The position numbers and the translations under genes were made by a program. Below the pieces are notes generated by a model. The model saw only the letters and a program-made list of their open reading frames with translations, made no database searches and was not told the DNA's origin. Source: Amoeboradix gromovi X-113 (taxonomy: Eukaryota; Fungi; Sanchytriomycota). From it: a stretch of 11,418 bases of DNA. The DNA lies in assembly GCA_018985225.1 (NCBI GenBank), contig JADGIF010000299.1, positions 1 through 11,418 of the forward strand, read 5' to 3'. Positions within the stretch are counted from its first letter, which is position 1; the number at the start of each line of letters is the position of its first letter. Positions 8,475-11,418 of this stretch are shown here, piece after piece.

Positions 8475-9221
8475 TTAGTATTCTGGTGATGGAACAAAAA
8501 TTGATAAAAAGTTGCTGGACTTGCTTCGACTTATAGTTCCAGTTTTTAATTTTTCCATTATTCTGTCCTCTTTTGCTTGGTTTGCGGGCACGAATGTTTT
8601 TGAGTTGGCCCGACTGCGCGTTTTTGGAGTATTACTTCCAGAATTGGTCGCAGATTTAATGTTCTGCACCTTTCTACTCTCATACTCAGACATCGTTGGG
8701 AGTGTATTTACATCTCCGTCAATGGTTAAAACACTTATGGTTATGATCCCGGTTTGTTGTATTCTAGTATTCATCTTTTTAAAATATACTGAGTGCTCAT
8801 CTACCCTTGCTAACAAAATTAACATTTCGCCTTCTATGCACGTTACTGTAGGTGTCTTGAAATAGATGTTTATTACTGCTGGCAGTATTGGCAGTGCTTT
8901 CTGTAACTGAACATAGTTTTTTGGTATGTAACCCTCTTCTTTTGTTAGTGAGTTACTACAGTAGTAGAAATACTCCTTTTCCTCAATAACGTGGAACGTA
9001 TCACTGGGTTTGAATGACAGCTCTAGTATGCTTGCGGCGCTATATTCTTTTATAGCAACAACAGTGAACAAATATGTTTCCTCAGGTTTTTGAAACACTT
9101 CTGATGATCCAGATCTTGATACTGAATTTTTAAATGATCTTATTGACGGAGAATGCTTCAAAGTCATCGAAATTGAGGTCGACAATGCTCTTATGGATTT
9201 CGAATGCCTGAGACTTGACAT
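8475..9221 (-). CDS. Tandem SH3-domain protein, Bem1/Scd2 N-terminus-like, paralogue A (248 aa)
   Basis: AIKEYSAASILELSFKPSDTFHVIEE..GYIPKNYV (SH3), a second degenerate SH3 and LPTMSEY. Ser-rich termini. Confidence 0.8.
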   Translation of the reverse strand: MSSLRHSKSIRALSTSISMTLKHSPSIRSFKNSVSRSGSSEVFQKPEETYLFTVVAIKEYSAASILELSFKPSDTFHVIEEKEYFYYCSNSLTKEEGYIPKNYVQLQKALPILPAVINIYFKTPTVTCIEGEMLILLARVDEHSVYFKKMNTRIQQTGIITISVLTIDGDVNTLPTMSEYESRKVQNIKSATNSGSNTPKTRSRANSKTFVPANQAKEDRIMEKLKTGTISRSKSSNFLSIFVPSPEY

Positions 9222-9298
9222 AAAGTGGGTAATATAGAAAATTCATAAGTTCTCAAAGTTAAAGGAGGAAATAGAATATTCAGATTACGATTTTTTTA

Positions 9299-9892
9299 TT
9301 ATAGCTTTACCAGTTTGGCTAGCGAGGAAGACCGTGCGCGGCCTTTGAATTTTTCTAAAATTTTTTCGTCGTCTCCAGAAATTGGTTTGGATAATGTTGA
9401 GGGCTCAGAATTTTTTGCGGCTAGGTCCATAGGCGCAGTAGTTCTCATTTGATACTCTTGAAATGTAGGTAAAGATTCCAAATCACCGTCGTTAATGAAC
9501 AACCCATCAATTCTTATTTTCCCAAACGTTAAGATTCTCGACATCTTTTTGCAATAAACCCATCCTTCTTTCAGACTAGCTAGCACTATTACCCTATCTC
9601 CTTCATCGCAAATCATCTCGTCAACCAGTGGCATATAACCACTTTTTACTGTCGCTGCTAATACGCACAAGGGTTTCTGGACCACGGTGTAATTTTTCGG
9701 TATGTATCCTTTCTTTTTAGAAATGGGTGAGTAACACAGATAAAAATGTACTTTGTCCTCTAAAATGTTAAATGTCTCATTCTCTTGCATTTCTAATTCT
9801 TGGGGACTGCTTGGGATATAATGCTTTATACACGTAACCGAAAATAAAAACTCTTCCGGCTCCACTGAAAAAGATCCTGATCGCGTCCTCAT
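9299..9892 (-). CDS. Tandem SH3-domain protein, Bem1/Scd2 N-terminus-like, paralogue B (197 aa)
   Basis: CIKHYIPSSPQELEMQENETFNILE..GYIPKNY; EMICDEGDRVIVLA..GWVYCKKMSR..G; LPTFQEY. Confidence 0.8.
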   Translation of the reverse strand: MRTRSGSFSVEPEEFLFSVTCIKHYIPSSPQELEMQENETFNILEDKVHFYLCYSPISKKKGYIPKNYTVVQKPLCVLAATVKSGYMPLVDEMICDEGDRVIVLASLKEGWVYCKKMSRILTFGKIRIDGLFINDGDLESLPTFQEYQMRTTAPMDLAAKNSEPSTLSKPISGDDEKILEKFKGRARSSSLAKLVKL

Positions 9893-9899
9893 ATGTAGT

Positions 9900-10034
9900 G
9901 GCTATTTAGTTTTGGCCTTCTCGTTAAAAGTCCTGATTTCCCATAAAATCGAGAATTTCTACAGAGAAACTAGCAGTGCTAGATCTCCGTTACAGTGATT
10001 GCTCACGCTTTCACTACCCAGAGGCGGGATTGAA
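9900..10034 (-). ncRNA. Putative omegaRNA scaffold plus flank-derived guide, copy 2
   Basis: Same conserved 3' region as 1908-2023. Hairpins: gtga-GCAA-tcac; ctagc-act-gctag extended by acggaga/tctctgt; ttctcg-atttta-tgggaa. Ends inferred. Confidence 0.5.
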
Positions 10035-10364
10035 CAAGGATGCAGATACTTGATGTATATGTTCCTTGCTGCCATATGGTCTCTATCTATCTTCAAATGA
10101 GAATTGGTACAAGTGTAGGTTTCTAAGTTGGTTTTCTTTAGAGTACCACATATTTTACACGGCATCGAATTTCCATGTTTGGACCAGCTTATCAGTCTGA
10201 GACGAATGTGTACTGTACCTGCTAGTTATTTCTTTAGAATTGATTTACCATTTGCGAGAAGAACTAAGTAATTAAGCTATTAGAAAAATCTGGAAAAGTC
10301 TTGAAATTATACAAAAATACATACAAATTCGCGATAAATGATTTATTCAAGAAAACAGTCGAGC
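9920..10364 (-). mobile_element. Non-autonomous TnpB/Fanzor-derived element, copy 2
   Basis: Inverted, colinear homologue of 1565-2023. Fills nearly the whole spacer between two SH3 paralogues. Confidence 0.9.
10043..10165 (-). pseudogene. TnpB/Fanzor C-terminal fragment (zinc ribbon + RuvC-III)
   Basis: MPCKICGTLKKTNLETYTCTNSHLKIDRDHMAARNIYIKYL fits the TnpB/Fanzor consensus TSxxCxxCG...CxxC...DRDxNAARNI. The fourth Cys is Ser here but Cys in copy 1. Confidence 0.85.
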
Positions 10365-10383
10365 AGCATGTATACTGATTTTT

Positions 10384-10986
10384 TCAAAGATTGGACAAAT
10401 TAGAGAGATTCTTGGTTTCCAGGGTTTGAAGCTCTTTGTTTCTTGTTTGAGGGTTATGCAACCGAGATAATACAGGGCTACTTGTAGCACTTTTTGTATT
10501 TAGGCTCCTTTCTACATATTCACTCAGAGTTGGTAATTTATATATATCACCTTCAATAAACAATTTTTCCATAACCACTCTACCCTCTACTGTGCTGCTT
10601 CCCAGTCTCTTACAATATAGATATCCATCCTTACAACGAGCCACAATTAGGACCTTATCCGACTTATAACAGGTCATTATGTTGGAGTCATCCGTATTCA
10701 ATTGATCTGAGGTCAATATCCCCGCAAGCACTACAAATGGCACCTGCTTCTCTACTATCTCTTTTTTCACATACCCCACAGTCCTAGTCACTTTCTCCTG
10801 TGGTGCATGGCATAAATAGTTGTTGTCCGTTTCCTCTAATACATATAGCACCTGATTTTGATACAACTCTAATTCATCTTCTGTCTCTGGCGTGTAACTC
10901 CGTTTAGCTGTAATCACGAACAGATACTCTTTATGATCCACATTAGGGACAGATCGTGACTTTGACTCGGTAAATTTGTTAGACAT
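10384..10986 (-). CDS. Tandem SH3-domain protein, Bem1/Scd2 N-terminus-like, paralogue C (200 aa from MSNKF)
   Basis: EYLFVITAKRSYTPETEDELELYQNQVLYVLEE..GYVKK; CYKSDKVLIVAR..GYLYCKRLG; LPTLSEY. ATG at 10986 in aaaATG context; the ORF-track start at 11025 is TTG. Confidence 0.78.
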   Translation of the reverse strand: MSNKFTESKSRSVPNVDHKEYLFVITAKRSYTPETEDELELYQNQVLYVLEETDNNYLCHAPQEKVTRTVGYVKKEIVEKQVPFVVLAGILTSDQLNTDDSNIMTCYKSDKVLIVARCKDGYLYCKRLGSSTVEGRVVMEKLFIEGDIYKLPTLSEYVERSLNTKSATSSPVLSRLHNPQTRNKELQTLETKNLSNLSNL

Positions 10987-11418
10987 TTTAGGATGGCGAA
11001 TTGAGCCACCAAATGAGAGATGCAATCAGTAGCTGGCCTCATTACATTGAATAGGGTTTTGATTGATGTGCAAAATGAGTGTCTCAACGGAATTGTTGCA
11101 TCGAAGTTCATATCTCGCCATTCAGTTTTATTGTAGTTGTTTATGTTAAACTTTTACAACTTGTCCTATTCTTATAAATGCGTTCATTTCTCTATCAACT
11201 ACAACGAGAAATTTATAGATTGACGTAATTGAGATATGAGCAAATTGGGACACACTCTGTAAAAAGTAAACTAGGGGTAAAAAACGGGTGACGAGATTTA
11301 CCCAGTTGAAATTTTCACAGCAGTGTCCCATATTTCTTCACCTAGGCAATAGGCGAAATTACTTTGTCAGTGATCCTTTGTTGCCAACCTGGTCTCTCAC
11401 CATTCGCTAGCAAACTAT

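Noticed and set aside
2652-8865. Antisense or overlapping ORFs (2652..3011, 3785..4000, 4351..4659, 5870..6085, 6089..6445, 6391..6582, 6544..6801, 7199..7432, 7684..7887, 8144..8380, 8512..8865)
   Set aside because: Shadows of well-supported genes on the opposite strand or in another frame, with no motifs of their own.
10914-11331. ORFs 10914..11111 and 11146..11331
   Set aside because: Short, no recognisable domains, and close to the window edge, so not supportable.

Overview
AT-rich, very gene-dense eukaryotic DNA in the standard genetic code, most likely a compact early-diverging fungus (inferred, not verifiable here). Host genes: an APC/LAT amino-acid permease and AP-2 mu (each split by one ultra-short GT-AG intron, 19 and 21 nt), a C2 + CBM5/12 protein, a shortened UTP4-like WD40 protein, and three tandem paralogues resembling the SH3-SH3-CI N-terminus of Bem1/Scd2. 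The main hidden feature is a dispersed ~450-bp non-autonomous element: two near-full copies (1565-2023 +, 9920-10364 -) and a ~110-bp relic (727-840 -). It keeps only a conserved left end, the decayed zinc-finger/RuvC-III tail of a TnpB/Fanzor nuclease (CxxCG...C...DRDHMAARNI) and a conserved, hairpin-rich 3' region where an omegaRNA would lie. It has no long TIRs or clear TSD. Both empty sites reconstruct as GCTCGAG, and there may be a relic of an IS607-type TnpA HTH. This suggests a Fanzor2/IS607-like RNA-guided element family whose minimal copies could act as guide-RNA loci.
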